Source: a bacterium (GTDB lineage Bacteria; SZUA-182; DTGQ01; JBLIRR01). Taken from it: 64,000 bases of DNA. The position numbers and the translations under genes were made by a program. Numbering within the stretch: the first letter of the stretch is position 1; each line of letters begins with the position of its first letter. Location of the stretch: positions 6,897 through 70,896 of the forward strand of contig JBLIRR010000028.1 in NCBI GenBank assembly GCA_049472395.1, written 5' to 3'. Under the pieces are notes generated by a model, which saw only the letters and a program-made list of their open reading frames with translations, was not told the DNA's origin and did not search any database. This document shows positions 38,288 through 48,988 of this stretch, one piece after another.

Positions 38288-40891
38288 CTATATACCATCC
38301 TTAAGATAACAAACACAGCGCTGCTCAGTCGTATCAACATTTAAAACAAACTGCTGGTTGGACTTATTTTTATCAAAATCAATAACACGAACCATAGGCT
38401 CCCATTTCGCGTAACCCGGAATCAGGGAATTCAATTGATTAGGAGCCTTGTCCAGAAAATCCTTATTAATGATATAGCCAGTTCTGGAAGGATACACTGC
38501 TAGATATAATATATCCAGCTCCACCAGGTCATTAAAAAAATGGGTGCCAAGAGAAACATCCGGCATGAGGCCCTCGTGCATTTCCGCAAGCTCGCAAATA
38601 ACAGATACATGGTTAATTTCTCCGAATGTTACCGGAACGCCTAAAGAGGGAGTTGTCGTGCCCCATCTGCCCGGACCGATAAGCATAATTACTCTGTGCT
38701 CACTTATGGGTAAATTGGTAAGTTTTCCTATTAGGCGGGCTACAGAATACCTATCTCTATCAGGCAATTTGCCATAATGGGCAGGGACAACATAAATAAG
38801 TCTGTCAACGACAGTTTGCATACTGTTCCCAATAATTGGCCCTGATGTTTTCACAATCAGGTTTTGTCCTTCTATTTTTCCAGGCTCTTTAATGGCTGTA
38901 TGTGCGCCACGCTTTACCTGGAAAGGCCTGCATTGAAGCAGGTTTATTTTATAGTTTTCATTATCAAAGAAATTCCCGGTAAACTCAATGTCTACCGGAT
39001 ACTTATAGGCTTCCTGGATTATAGCGAGCATTATACGCATATCCTGGGCAAACTGGGTTTTGGTAAAAAGATTCTCAAAGGTGAGTATCCATGGAAATAC
39101 ATTTTTGTATTCCGTTTCGCTTTCATGACTGGCAAAAAGATTCAACTGCATATCACCACTGTTTCCAACAACGTCGGCAAACTTTTTGGATATGTGCTTG
39201 TTCGCTTCAAGGTCTAAAATATCTGCTTTTTTCTGGGTATACTTCACTGCTTCAGCAACACTGGCTACAGGTTTGCGTTTCGGATCGTTTAAAGCTACTA
39301 TTCGGGTATAATCATCATCAGACCGGTTAACAGCACGGGTGCCGAGGCCAAATACCAGACGCAGAACACCAGCTTTAGGATCAATAACTTTGCTCCATGC
39401 ATAGGGATTATAGGATAATCCTACTCCAGCGATTTGAGGATAAAACAGCTTGTTATAGATTGAACCTGAAACACGCTGGATTAAAAGAGCCATCTGTTCA
39501 TCACGGTCGAGCAGGCCCCGCTGCGCTCGGTAAAGTAATGCTTCAGGGCTCATTGTACTCGCGTATACAGTGCGCACGGCATTCATAAACTCTTTCATCC
39601 GCTCTTCGGGGGTTCCCTGATTTGCGCAAAACACGCTTTCATACTTGCCCGAAAAAGAGTTGCCGTAAGCGTCTTCAAGCAAGCTGCTTGAACGGACAAT
39701 AATTGGCGACTGACCGAAGTAGTTTAATAGGTCCTTAAATTCATCCTGAATATCGTCGGGGAATTTCCCATTAAGCATTCGTAGACGTGCCTCTTCAATA
39801 CCTTCTAAATAATTGTCACCTTTGCGCTGCTTCCATCGCATCCACCAGCAACCGCTTTTAATGAGATAGGTATAAAAAACATCCGAGCCAACAAAGAAGC
39901 TATCATGAGCTTCCAGCCGTTCCTCCCAATAATGCCCTGCTTTTTTTATAATAGCCCGCGCGATAAGCATCCCTATTGTTTTGCCCCCGATAAGACCTGT
40001 TCCTATAATATGCTTTCCTATATCAATCAGGTCTGATAAATTTAGATACTTTTTCGCCAGTTCAAGCACTTGTTCTTCTCTGGTTACCACCATACGCAGG
40101 AGCCTGTTGAAATATTTCTCTGATTCTGAGTCATGATTCCCTCCATGGGAGACTTCCTGCTGAATTTCACGCGCGCGCTCTAGTACTTTCGGTAGCATGT
40201 CCTGTTTACTCACAGCGAAATCCAACCACGGATGCGATACTTCTTCAAGTATTTCTGAAATGATCGCACTGCGCGTCTCAGGAATAAAAGCATTATCTTT
40301 CCAATGATGCAGCATATACATTGTAGAGGTATGACGCTTGTATACTTTCAGAGGTTGCAGATAGAGGTTATCTTTATTTTTATACACATCAATAACAACC
40401 TGCGATGTATTATGTATGGCGTTCACGGTCCATGTAATATGCCTGTTCCTTAATAAAGCGAAATAGGCGGCAGTATCATAATCATAAAGATAGGGGCACG
40501 TGAGCATAAAAAAGTTACCCAGCATTCTGTCGCTGTACCAGTCTACGGTTAATTCCGACAAGCAGTCGAATACATAGAAAGCACCAGTGCCCTTTTCTTC
40601 AATAACCTTGAATATCTCAGCGATAAATGTCTCAAACCCATCTTCAGGGTGAAGGGTGTATACGTCTGCTTTCACCTCCTCAGGTAAAAGGGAACGATGG
40701 TCTGCAAAACGGAAATAGATTAAGGGGATCCCTTTTTTATTGGCATTTCTGCAGAATGGATGCACAAAGAGTATATAATCATCTATTGAATCTACCTGCC
40801 AGACAATATTATCCCCAGGATGCACTCCTTGGATGACATTGTCTAATTCACTAAGCCCCGTACTCAGTAAGGGAAAACCTTTTTCATACAT
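38288..40891 (-). CDS. PEP/pyruvate-binding (PPDK_N-type) domain protein with degenerate KaiC/RecA-like N-terminal domain
   Basis: 867 aa. VRSSSLLEDAYGNSFSGKYESV is the PPDK/PEP-synthase ATP-grasp signature. The N-terminus (LSTGLSELDNVIQGVHPGDNIVWQV) is KaiC/RadA-like but lacks a GKT Walker A. Confidence 0.75.
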   Translation of the reverse strand: MYEKGFPLLSTGLSELDNVIQGVHPGDNIVWQVDSIDDYILFVHPFCRNANKKGIPLIYFRFADHRSLLPEEVKADVYTLHPEDGFETFIAEIFKVIEEKGTGAFYVFDCLSELTVDWYSDRMLGNFFMLTCPYLYDYDTAAYFALLRNRHITWTVNAIHNTSQVVIDVYKNKDNLYLQPLKVYKRHTSTMYMLHHWKDNAFIPETRSAIISEILEEVSHPWLDFAVSKQDMLPKVLERAREIQQEVSHGGNHDSESEKYFNRLLRMVVTREEQVLELAKKYLNLSDLIDIGKHIIGTGLIGGKTIGMLIARAIIKKAGHYWEERLEAHDSFFVGSDVFYTYLIKSGCWWMRWKQRKGDNYLEGIEEARLRMLNGKFPDDIQDEFKDLLNYFGQSPIIVRSSSLLEDAYGNSFSGKYESVFCANQGTPEERMKEFMNAVRTVYASTMSPEALLYRAQRGLLDRDEQMALLIQRVSGSIYNKLFYPQIAGVGLSYNPYAWSKVIDPKAGVLRLVFGLGTRAVNRSDDDYTRIVALNDPKRKPVASVAEAVKYTQKKADILDLEANKHISKKFADVVGNSGDMQLNLFASHESETEYKNVFPWILTFENLFTKTQFAQDMRIMLAIIQEAYKYPVDIEFTGNFFDNENYKINLLQCRPFQVKRGAHTAIKEPGKIEGQNLIVKTSGPIIGNSMQTVVDRLIYVVPAHYGKLPDRDRYSVARLIGKLTNLPISEHRVIMLIGPGRWGTTTPSLGVPVTFGEINHVSVICELAEMHEGLMPDVSLGTHFFNDLVELDILYLAVYPSRTGYIINKDFLDKAPNQLNSLIPGYAKWEPMVRVIDFDKNKSNQQFVLNVDTTEQRCVCYLKDGI

Positions 40892-40958
40892 TGATTTCCT
40901 TGACTGGTAATTTTATTATAACCCTGAATTATCTGTCTTAAAAATATTTTCAATGCCA

Positions 40959-41858
40959 TTATAAGAATTGTTCAGTAAAGTTGCAACATACCTCATAAGT
41001 TAACATCCATTCTGATATTGGTCCAGTTCCATATGGAGGGCATCCTGAAGATAAATTATTCCTTGTAAAAGCAGAATCGTAATAATGAATATGGGGTGAA
41101 TTATGTGTAGGTGGGTTCGGCTGATCATAAATAGCATTCGGACTTGTATGCGAAAATCCATATTGATTAGCCCCATAAGGTGATATGCGGCCTCGCGCTC
41201 GTGCAACACCATCTAAGGAGCCTTTTCCACTTTGCGGTAATAAATCAAACGATGTTTTGCCCGGGTCCAGCTCGTCTGATGACCGGTTTGCAGCAGCCTG
41301 TGCAGGTATAGCTGTTCTTCCATGGCCTGCAGCCTGGGCAGGAAGTGCCCTTCTGTCATCACTACCGGAAAGATAACATTCACGTAGTAACGCTGCCTTT
41401 TTCCCATTCACATTTAATGCTGCAAATGCAGGAGGAACAGTACGTAATATTGCAGCGCCTAAACGTTCAACTCTAATATTCGAATCATTATCAAACACAA
41501 GTTCATATCGAATACGTTGAATATTATTTCTTATTCTAACAGGGAGTGTAACAGGCCAATATGCATTTCTGTATTGAATTGCCCCGGGAAATACTGTTCT
41601 GATAGCCTGAAGCACTCCGTATCGAACAGCGTTAAGGTCATCAGGGGGTATAGCTTCAAGATTCGAATTTACTCTATTCCCTGAAATTACACATGAATTA
41701 TCTGCCACAGCAGGTACAGGATTAGGAAGAACATAAGAAGGCATGCTATTAGTAATTATGCTCATGTTTTGTCGATTTGTTATTTGACTAGTAAGAAGAG
41801 CAACTAAATCCTGATATTTTTTCATAGGATTGCTCTGGCTGAATACTAAATATGGCAT
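40959..41858 (-). CDS. hypothetical protein
   Basis: 299 aa. 67 bp upstream of and co-directional with the PEP-binding gene. Ala/Gly/Pro-rich central linker. No motif recognised. Confidence 0.45.
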   Translation of the reverse strand: MPYLVFSQSNPMKKYQDLVALLTSQITNRQNMSIITNSMPSYVLPNPVPAVADNSCVISGNRVNSNLEAIPPDDLNAVRYGVLQAIRTVFPGAIQYRNAYWPVTLPVRIRNNIQRIRYELVFDNDSNIRVERLGAAILRTVPPAFAALNVNGKKAALLRECYLSGSDDRRALPAQAAGHGRTAIPAQAAANRSSDELDPGKTSFDLLPQSGKGSLDGVARARGRISPYGANQYGFSHTSPNAIYDQPNPPTHNSPHIHYYDSAFTRNNLSSGCPPYGTGPISEWMLTYEVCCNFTEQFL

Positions 41859-41918
41859 TTTTTTTGCTGTTAATTAAGTATTTATTTCAATACAAAGAGT
41901 CAGAGTATAAGAGGAGTA

Positions 41919-42956
41919 ATGGAGTTGAAAAAATTAATCTTTATCTTTTTCTCTGTTTCAATGCTTTATTCGATAAATTCATACAGTGCAGCTTTATACA
42001 ATAACTTAAATCCCATAACGATTGATGATGATATTGGCTTATTAGGCACTGAAATCAAATACCTCTCCGCGCTTTTGCCACCGAATCTGAAAATTTATAT
42101 AAAGGTTTTAGATAAATATATTCCTTATGATCCCTTAAGCTTTCCCATAAATAATATTAGCTATTATATAGTACAAGTTAATAATATTTATCCACTACTA
42201 GAAAATTATTATGATTATAATCGCTTACTCCATTATCTTAGTTTTGCTCAAGAAGGCCTTAACAGAATAGGATATAGAATTCTTGAGCTTGGATTAAGCG
42301 TCCAAGGTCGGATTCTCTATGCTCTGATTCCTAAACACATCGATACGACAAAGATAACTATTGTTATGTTTTTCAGACAGCATGGAAATGAATATGCGCA
42401 GAATTGGATTATGGAGGGATTGATCAATACTATCATCGCACATCGGATTCCTGCATGGTTAAATAATATGCAATTTGTTATTTATCCAATGATAAACCCT
42501 GATGGTGCGGATAACATTACTCGATATAATGCAAATAACTATGATCTTAATAGAATATGGGATGCGCCAAAAGATGAAATAACAATCATCCAATCTCATA
42601 TACATTCTTTGATTACGAGTGGAAACTTAAACGTAGGTGTTGTCTGGGATATGCATGGTTCTATAGGGGATTATATAAATAGAATGCCTGCTTCACTTGT
42701 GCCTGTTGAATACTATAATGAGCAATCCAATATAATATTAACCTTAGGCAAATATGATCCTTGGCAAAATGGCACTTTTATTCATTCTAGCGGAAATCCC
42801 GGAATGGCAAGGATTGTTATGTTCTCATCATATGGACACCAAGCTCTTACCCATGAAACAAATGATTATGATAGTTTAAGAACTGTAATAGATTTTCAAA
42901 ATCAAGGCGTAGCAATATACAATACGATGTGGGAATTATTTAATTACATTCCGTAA
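41919..42956 (+). CDS. M14-family zinc carboxypeptidase-like protein (secreted)
   Basis: 345 aa with a signal peptide. Zn-ligand motif RQHGNEYAQNW (HxxE), then INPDGA, DLNRIW and DMHGS. Confidence 0.7.
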   Translation: MELKKLIFIFFSVSMLYSINSYSAALYNNLNPITIDDDIGLLGTEIKYLSALLPPNLKIYIKVLDKYIPYDPLSFPINNISYYIVQVNNIYPLLENYYDYNRLLHYLSFAQEGLNRIGYRILELGLSVQGRILYALIPKHIDTTKITIVMFFRQHGNEYAQNWIMEGLINTIIAHRIPAWLNNMQFVIYPMINPDGADNITRYNANNYDLNRIWDAPKDEITIIQSHIHSLITSGNLNVGVVWDMHGSIGDYINRMPASLVPVEYYNEQSNIILTLGKYDPWQNGTFIHSSGNPGMARIVMFSSYGHQALTHETNDYDSLRTVIDFQNQGVAIYNTMWELFNYIP

Positions 42957-43022
42957 GCGTAATTGTATATAAAAGGTTTCTTCAAATCCAACTTTTTTTA
43001 ATAGCGATGATCATGATCTGTC

Positions 43023-45971
43023 CTACAAAAAATCATCTTTATTATTTTTCCACCAATCCTGCCATTGATCATGATCTTTACCAAAATTCTGACCGGTTAT
43101 ATTCTCCAATGCCCAAGCTGCCTCTCTACGCAGAACAGAATCCATATCTCGCAGCAACGGGATTAAGTGTTTCACTGCCCGAGGTTCTTTTATCTTTCCT
43201 ACCACGGTGGCGACCTTCCTTCGTACCCAATCTCTGCCGTCCAAAAGAGCGACGATAGCATCGATCCCTTGAGAATCTTTTATCTCCCCTAATGCCTCTA
43301 CTGCTGCATTTCGGACAAAAAGTTTCTCATCTTCCAATGCAGCAATCAAACCTTTTACTGCGCGAGCATCCCTTATCTTACCCAGTGCCTTTGCGGCAGC
43401 ACTCCGAGCATTATCGTCTTTGTCTTGGAGTAAAGATATAAGCGGTTCTACTGCTCGGGGATCCCTGGTATTACCCAGTGCGCCGGCCGAGCTCCATCGA
43501 ATATCCCCTTTTTCATCTCCCAATGCCGTTAGCAAAGGTTCTAGCGCGGGTTTTAAGACTATTGGATCCCATATTTGACCAAGCTGCCGTGCCGCTTCCC
43601 TACGGACCTTCCAATCTTTGTGCTCTAGTCCCGAGATTAGAATTTTTACATTGAATTTACGACCATATGTGGGTAAAGGCCGGGTATCATCCCTCCAGTT
43701 GAGCTTTAATTGTGCTTTTCTATCTCTATTTCTGAGGAGATTCTCCCTATTGTGCTCCCACCAGTCTTGCCATTGATCAGGATCTTGACCAAAATTTTGA
43801 CCGCTTATTATCTTCATAACTTTCAGAACATATCCCTGCACGTAAGCATTTTTTCTTAATATGGCATTTCTTAATATCGCGATTAGGGGTTCCAAAGTCC
43901 TGGGATCATTTATTTGAGCTATCGCCTTTAAGGCAGCCTTGCAAGTGGGGGTATCTCCAAATCGGTCACCTTTTTGTATCATTTCAAGGAGTGGTTCAAC
44001 GGCTTGCGTATCTTTTATTTCACCAAGGGCAGACATAGCGCACAATCGAATCGACTTATTATTATCCTTCAATGCCGCAATCAGGGGCTCAATCATACTA
44101 GAATGCTTTGTTATTTTACCCAATGCGATCATAGCACTGCTCCTGACATTTTTATCTTCATCCTTAAGCAAGGTATTGAGAGGTTCTACAGCTCTTAGGT
44201 TTTTCCTTTCCCCTAATTCCAGTGCTGCCAGCATTCGAAGCTCCGGATCCTCATCCTTTGATTCTTGAATGAGATGCGCTATTTTTAGATTATTCAAGTA
44301 ACCATATAATTTCATAAAATAGGGAGTCCCATCCCGCCAGTAAAGGTTTATCCCAGTAATGAAACCGTGCTTTCTCACTACTGTTATATTGCCCGGTGAA
44401 TCTTCAATAAGGACCGCTTCCTTAGTAAAGGGATTCCAAAAACTATGCTCATCTTTTATTAATCTCATCAATTTAAGGTCTGTAAATTCTTCGCTATTAA
44501 TCCTGTCTAAATCGCTGAATAGAAAATGGGCATAATTCTTAAAATTTGCCCATTCAGATCTCGGACGTCCAAGCATTTCAAATTTTACTAAAGCCCGCTC
44601 TTTAATCTGTTTGGATTTATGCTTTTCCTGTAAATAGTAAGAAAGAAGTCTGATTATACAGACAGCTATCAACAATGAAAACAGGATAGCCAACAACGAT
44701 CCTTTCCTTTCACGCAGCCTGGACTTGAAGAGAGATATTCGGTAAGTAATGGCCAAAATCGGTAACCCGATTATGAACACAGTGCATAAAGCGATTGCCA
44801 TCGAATTAAACCCACTCTGCTCGCCTGATACTTGCATGCTATACCGAAATGGCTCGACATTTTCAAACTTAAAGATCATATCCTCCTTTATCTGACTACT
44901 TGAAATTTCCCCAACATATTTCGTTAAGACGCATCCGTCCCAGAAGAGCCTAGTAGCATCCGGATGGCCAATCTCATCATGATCGCCTAGCGGTGATCGA
45001 CTCCACCAAAATTCACGATTACCCAATGCAATGCGGCCGACGAATTTATTCCTTGTAAGTAAATAGTCTTCGGGGATAACGGAAAGGATATCTCGAAGAT
45101 CAAAATAGTTGCAATATTCCTTTCTTAGATCATAATTGATGGGAACGGCTTCTTTTTCTGCCAGAACAAATAATTCAAGATACAAGGGTGAACCTGGCAG
45201 CGATGTAAGACGCATCGGATAGACCGGTCTCTCAGTTTCAAACTCCATAAGGATGGGATGAGGTGAAGATCGTCCTTCTTTCTTTCTGATAAGTTTGGCC
45301 GCGAAAAAACACCATCCTTTATGGATATAATCTTCTATTATCGGAAGCGCTTTTTCGGAAAATGTGACAAAGCCATTACCAGCAAGCCAGTCGTTTAAAT
45401 CATCGCTTTCCTTTGCTTGAATTACAAAGGTTTTATAATCTCCAATCCTCTGACTACTTACGAGCTTAATTCCAAATGATTTTTCAGGGCCAGCCCGGAA
45501 TTCCATAAATTGTGGTAGGAGTATTGCATAAATAAGTGCCAAAACAAATGTAAATATCAATCCAACAAGACCTCCACGCCAACCTTTGAGAATAAATAAA
45601 AAACAGATAACAAAGATAGGTACAAAGAAAAGAAAATAGTATTTCCAATGTTTGGGCCTTTTATAAATAATTTCCGGCTCCAGTTGCAAAGAGAGTGTTT
45701 TTAGCAGCCCAGGCGAAATCTTCTCCAACTTTTTTGGAACGTTCGGAACCGGTATGATCCATCCGAAGCTCTCACCTTTGCCGTCAAGTGCAGCTTCGAT
45801 AATGAGCGTTTCTACCCCATCGCGGTACTTAACGAGCGTGCGCTGAACAGGAATGTCAGGAAATTTTCTCACAACAGTCGGAATAAAGACGCCATCAGCA
45901 AAGCATAGGCGGTATGATGACAAAAAAATGATAAAAAGATACATGCCTAAAAGAGATTTGAATTTTATCAT
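43023..45971 (-). CDS. membrane protein: DUF2330-like N-terminal domain plus C-terminal HEAT (PBS-lyase-type) repeats
   Basis: 982 aa with a signal peptide. ...GESFGWIIPVPNVP..., several TM segments, then about ten repeats of the type VRxxAAxALGxIxDPRAVEPLIxxL. Confidence 0.7.
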   Translation of the reverse strand: MIKFKSLLGMYLFIIFLSSYRLCFADGVFIPTVVRKFPDIPVQRTLVKYRDGVETLIIEAALDGKGESFGWIIPVPNVPKKLEKISPGLLKTLSLQLEPEIIYKRPKHWKYYFLFFVPIFVICFLFILKGWRGGLVGLIFTFVLALIYAILLPQFMEFRAGPEKSFGIKLVSSQRIGDYKTFVIQAKESDDLNDWLAGNGFVTFSEKALPIIEDYIHKGWCFFAAKLIRKKEGRSSPHPILMEFETERPVYPMRLTSLPGSPLYLELFVLAEKEAVPINYDLRKEYCNYFDLRDILSVIPEDYLLTRNKFVGRIALGNREFWWSRSPLGDHDEIGHPDATRLFWDGCVLTKYVGEISSSQIKEDMIFKFENVEPFRYSMQVSGEQSGFNSMAIALCTVFIIGLPILAITYRISLFKSRLRERKGSLLAILFSLLIAVCIIRLLSYYLQEKHKSKQIKERALVKFEMLGRPRSEWANFKNYAHFLFSDLDRINSEEFTDLKLMRLIKDEHSFWNPFTKEAVLIEDSPGNITVVRKHGFITGINLYWRDGTPYFMKLYGYLNNLKIAHLIQESKDEDPELRMLAALELGERKNLRAVEPLNTLLKDEDKNVRSSAMIALGKITKHSSMIEPLIAALKDNNKSIRLCAMSALGEIKDTQAVEPLLEMIQKGDRFGDTPTCKAALKAIAQINDPRTLEPLIAILRNAILRKNAYVQGYVLKVMKIISGQNFGQDPDQWQDWWEHNRENLLRNRDRKAQLKLNWRDDTRPLPTYGRKFNVKILISGLEHKDWKVRREAARQLGQIWDPIVLKPALEPLLTALGDEKGDIRWSSAGALGNTRDPRAVEPLISLLQDKDDNARSAAAKALGKIRDARAVKGLIAALEDEKLFVRNAAVEALGEIKDSQGIDAIVALLDGRDWVRRKVATVVGKIKEPRAVKHLIPLLRDMDSVLRREAAWALENITGQNFGKDHDQWQDWWKNNKDDFL

Positions 45972-46261
45972 ACAATTTTCCCAAACGAAATATGAATCCT
46001 TGTTTTAATTCATCCGACGAGCTGCCGGGAATTGAATAATATTCATACATCCTTCAGATTATTTTCCTATTTATTAGAAATCTCGGCAAATCAAGGCGTA
46101 TTCTTTGCCTTTTGATACAAAGAATTTATAAAACCACAAATCTAAAAATACCTCATCGCTCGTCTATTATACCTTTACACCCAAGGAAAATCACTACTGC
46201 CTCCTTGACGTCACATGTGTGTCAAGTTATCCATCCGAGGGCGTGGAATATATCTTATCGG

Positions 46262-46295
46262 TCTCAAAATCCCAGGCTGGTGAGTTTACCAGCCT
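46262..46295 (-). terminator. rho-independent terminator downstream of the DUF3160 gene
   Basis: The minus strand reads AGGCTGGT-AAACTC-ACCAGCCT (8-bp stem, 46274-46295) followed by GGGATTTTGAG. Confidence 0.55.
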
Positions 46296-46308
46296 CCTGA
46301 TTCAATAA

Positions 46309-48747
46309 TTAATCTGTCAGAAAACTTGCAGTCCACCAGGGCGCTGTTAACTCATCGTGCTTTATCAACTCAGCCCATTCATTATCAGTGAGCCGCTTCA
46401 TTTCATCCTCCACTTTCTCATAATAGGAAAATACAGGCCCTACATAGAGTGCAGGCTCATCGCAGTTGTCAGCAGTGAAAAAAATGGTATGTACCTTCCC
46501 CGTTCCTACATGTAAAACTTGCTCAGTATTAGAATCGGTGTGAACATCTGCCACAATGAAATCCGGACGCAGGCAATTTTCATTATCACTGTAAAAAAGC
46601 CTCGGGTACCACCCTTCATAAACAGTTACCCAAGCGCATAACACATTGCGCCTTTTTTCTATAATAGTATCCTTTATAAATTGAATCTCCTCTTCCGTTC
46701 TCGGTTGGCCATCAATCTGTTTTTGTGCCAAAGTTCGGAGCATACGCATAGTCTCAGCAAAATTAGTATAGTAGGAGATATATTGCGATTGTAATTGAGA
46801 AGAGATATCAATACTGCTAAATGTATCCTTTGCTTGAGAGGCTAAGTATTCAAGTTTTTCATAAAATCCGGGCAAAGGTTCAACATATCCGTCAGGATAC
46901 TCACAGAGGATATAGGCTGTATAAGACTGCTTTACGTAAAGGATGGTATCATGCCGAAGCTCGGCCCAGGAGGCAAGCTGGGTATTGAGCAATTTATCTC
47001 TATATGCCGGGGTAAGCATGGTAGCGGGATATCCTTCTCCTTTAAAGGGACCTGAAAGGCTTCGCAGGGCATTAAGCCACATATTATAGATATTCGATTC
47101 CCAAAAATCGCTTTCATATTGATCCAATAAATAACGCAAAATAAACAAATTGCCCTGGTATGGCCATTGTTTAAGCTCATCTTCAAGATAATGAAGTGCC
47201 CTGTTATTGCCAAGGACGAACATGGCATCGAGGGGATCGGGCATCATGCGAAGAATTTTTTGGTTGTCAACAACGACACGATCAAAGACTACATTAGAAA
47301 ATATGTGACTGTCAACAGTAAACCTCTGCCCCATCAAGGTAAATGACTTCGGCAAAGATGCGACTTGAGGATTTAAGGGATCACTCTCTATATAATGAGA
47401 GCATATCCTTTGCTCGCCATATCCCTTTTCATTCATAATCCGGAGTATATTCTTTATCATCTCCTCATCCATCAACTCTTCAGGACTTTCCACTCCTGCT
47501 TCGTCCATAAGCATAGCCATAGTGTTCAAGGTCATTGAATCAGGCTCCCCAATCATAAGCCTTATCACTCTGTCCATATCATCCCAGGCGGAAAGTGCTC
47601 CGCTTTCCTCGATACTCCTCCAGATCAAATAGGCATCGAGCAGTTGTCTTTGTTCTTCAATCCTAAAATCAATCCTCCCAAGCCATATCATGGCTTGAAA
47701 ATATCTCTCTAACTCTTCTGACTGTGTGTAATGGCCTCGGGGAATGAATTGGCTAAAATCAATCTTCCTCTCCTCTCCGAATAGTTCAATCCAATTGAAG
47801 GAATGTCCATTCACATAATGAAGAATGTCCTGTACCTGTTCATCATCTTTTAGCGGAGGAGGGATTTTATATCTTTTGAGTAATTCTCTGGCTACCGTAT
47901 AGAACACATTTACATCATGATATGCATCAGCTACCATTCCGGATGAATTATTCGCCATTTCGCCAAGAGTAGTCTGAGCCTGAGAGAGAATCAATTCAAG
48001 TTTATCCATAAGCGCCCATTTTTCTAATTCTGCCAGGATAACATCATATGAGCGGTGAAGAGCATGGAGAATGGAATCTGTTGAGATAAAAACGGGAAGG
48101 TCCTTAGAAAAACAGTCGAGGTAAGCCTCACCAAATGATCCATACATTTTCCTGCGACTAACGACAAAACCATTTTCGTTAATTTTCTCTTCTTCCTCTG
48201 GTGTCAACCCCATCTCGTTCTTCACCAGATCATAATAGACTGTATCATTCACGCTATAATTAAGCTCCTCACTATATTCACCCTCAGGAAATTTTTCCAC
48301 AAGATCTTGATAACGCAAATCTTCTGCTTCTTCAAGGATAAGAAGATAGTTATCCAGAAAATCATCAACAAGCTCCTCACTATTCTCCTTTTCAGGGGTG
48401 TATCGTCCCTGAAAAGGGAACAACCAAGAGAATTCATAGGGATATTCAAAGTACGTATTTATAAACGAGGGGAGAAATAACGTATAATGATACACATCCG
48501 ACTTTGGAGATCGTGATATGAATTCAGGAGAAAGATAGCTCGCCATGGGAAAATAGATTGGAGTAAAGGGCGAATCATAAGAATAATATAAAGGACTTCC
48601 GTAATATGCACTCGTAGGAGAGGAGAAAAGTAAAAAATTCATATAACTTATTTGGGCAGTTACGTTGGGCTTGGGTGAAAAAAGGAAAACGAAACTTAAT
48701 GCTATGAAAAGATTGATAAAAAAAATTATGTTCCCTTGTTTTTTCAT
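46309..48747 (-). CDS. DUF3160-family secreted protein
   Basis: 812 aa with a signal peptide. FIPRGHYTQSEELERYFQAMIWLGRIDF matches the DUF3160 core motif as recalled. Confidence 0.7.
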   Translation of the reverse strand: MKKQGNIIFFINLFIALSFVFLFSPKPNVTAQISYMNFLLFSSPTSAYYGSPLYYSYDSPFTPIYFPMASYLSPEFISRSPKSDVYHYTLFLPSFINTYFEYPYEFSWLFPFQGRYTPEKENSEELVDDFLDNYLLILEEAEDLRYQDLVEKFPEGEYSEELNYSVNDTVYYDLVKNEMGLTPEEEEKINENGFVVSRRKMYGSFGEAYLDCFSKDLPVFISTDSILHALHRSYDVILAELEKWALMDKLELILSQAQTTLGEMANNSSGMVADAYHDVNVFYTVARELLKRYKIPPPLKDDEQVQDILHYVNGHSFNWIELFGEERKIDFSQFIPRGHYTQSEELERYFQAMIWLGRIDFRIEEQRQLLDAYLIWRSIEESGALSAWDDMDRVIRLMIGEPDSMTLNTMAMLMDEAGVESPEELMDEEMIKNILRIMNEKGYGEQRICSHYIESDPLNPQVASLPKSFTLMGQRFTVDSHIFSNVVFDRVVVDNQKILRMMPDPLDAMFVLGNNRALHYLEDELKQWPYQGNLFILRYLLDQYESDFWESNIYNMWLNALRSLSGPFKGEGYPATMLTPAYRDKLLNTQLASWAELRHDTILYVKQSYTAYILCEYPDGYVEPLPGFYEKLEYLASQAKDTFSSIDISSQLQSQYISYYTNFAETMRMLRTLAQKQIDGQPRTEEEIQFIKDTIIEKRRNVLCAWVTVYEGWYPRLFYSDNENCLRPDFIVADVHTDSNTEQVLHVGTGKVHTIFFTADNCDEPALYVGPVFSYYEKVEDEMKRLTDNEWAELIKHDELTAPWWTASFLTD

Positions 48748-48988
48748 AATACTTTCTCCTCCTGTAATAAAATTTTTGGGATAAATAATTATAACTATAT
48801 TTATAATTAATCTATTTTATGAAATATATCGAACAAGGTCACAATTATATATCTTAATAGTCTATTTCTTTCGTATTATCTTGCAATATTTATTTTAATA
48901 GACGAAAAACTGATGGGAAATTCCCTTTTGAGCTGTGTGAGAGAATTATGCGATGCTATTGAGAAATAAAAAATAAGGAGGAAAAGAG

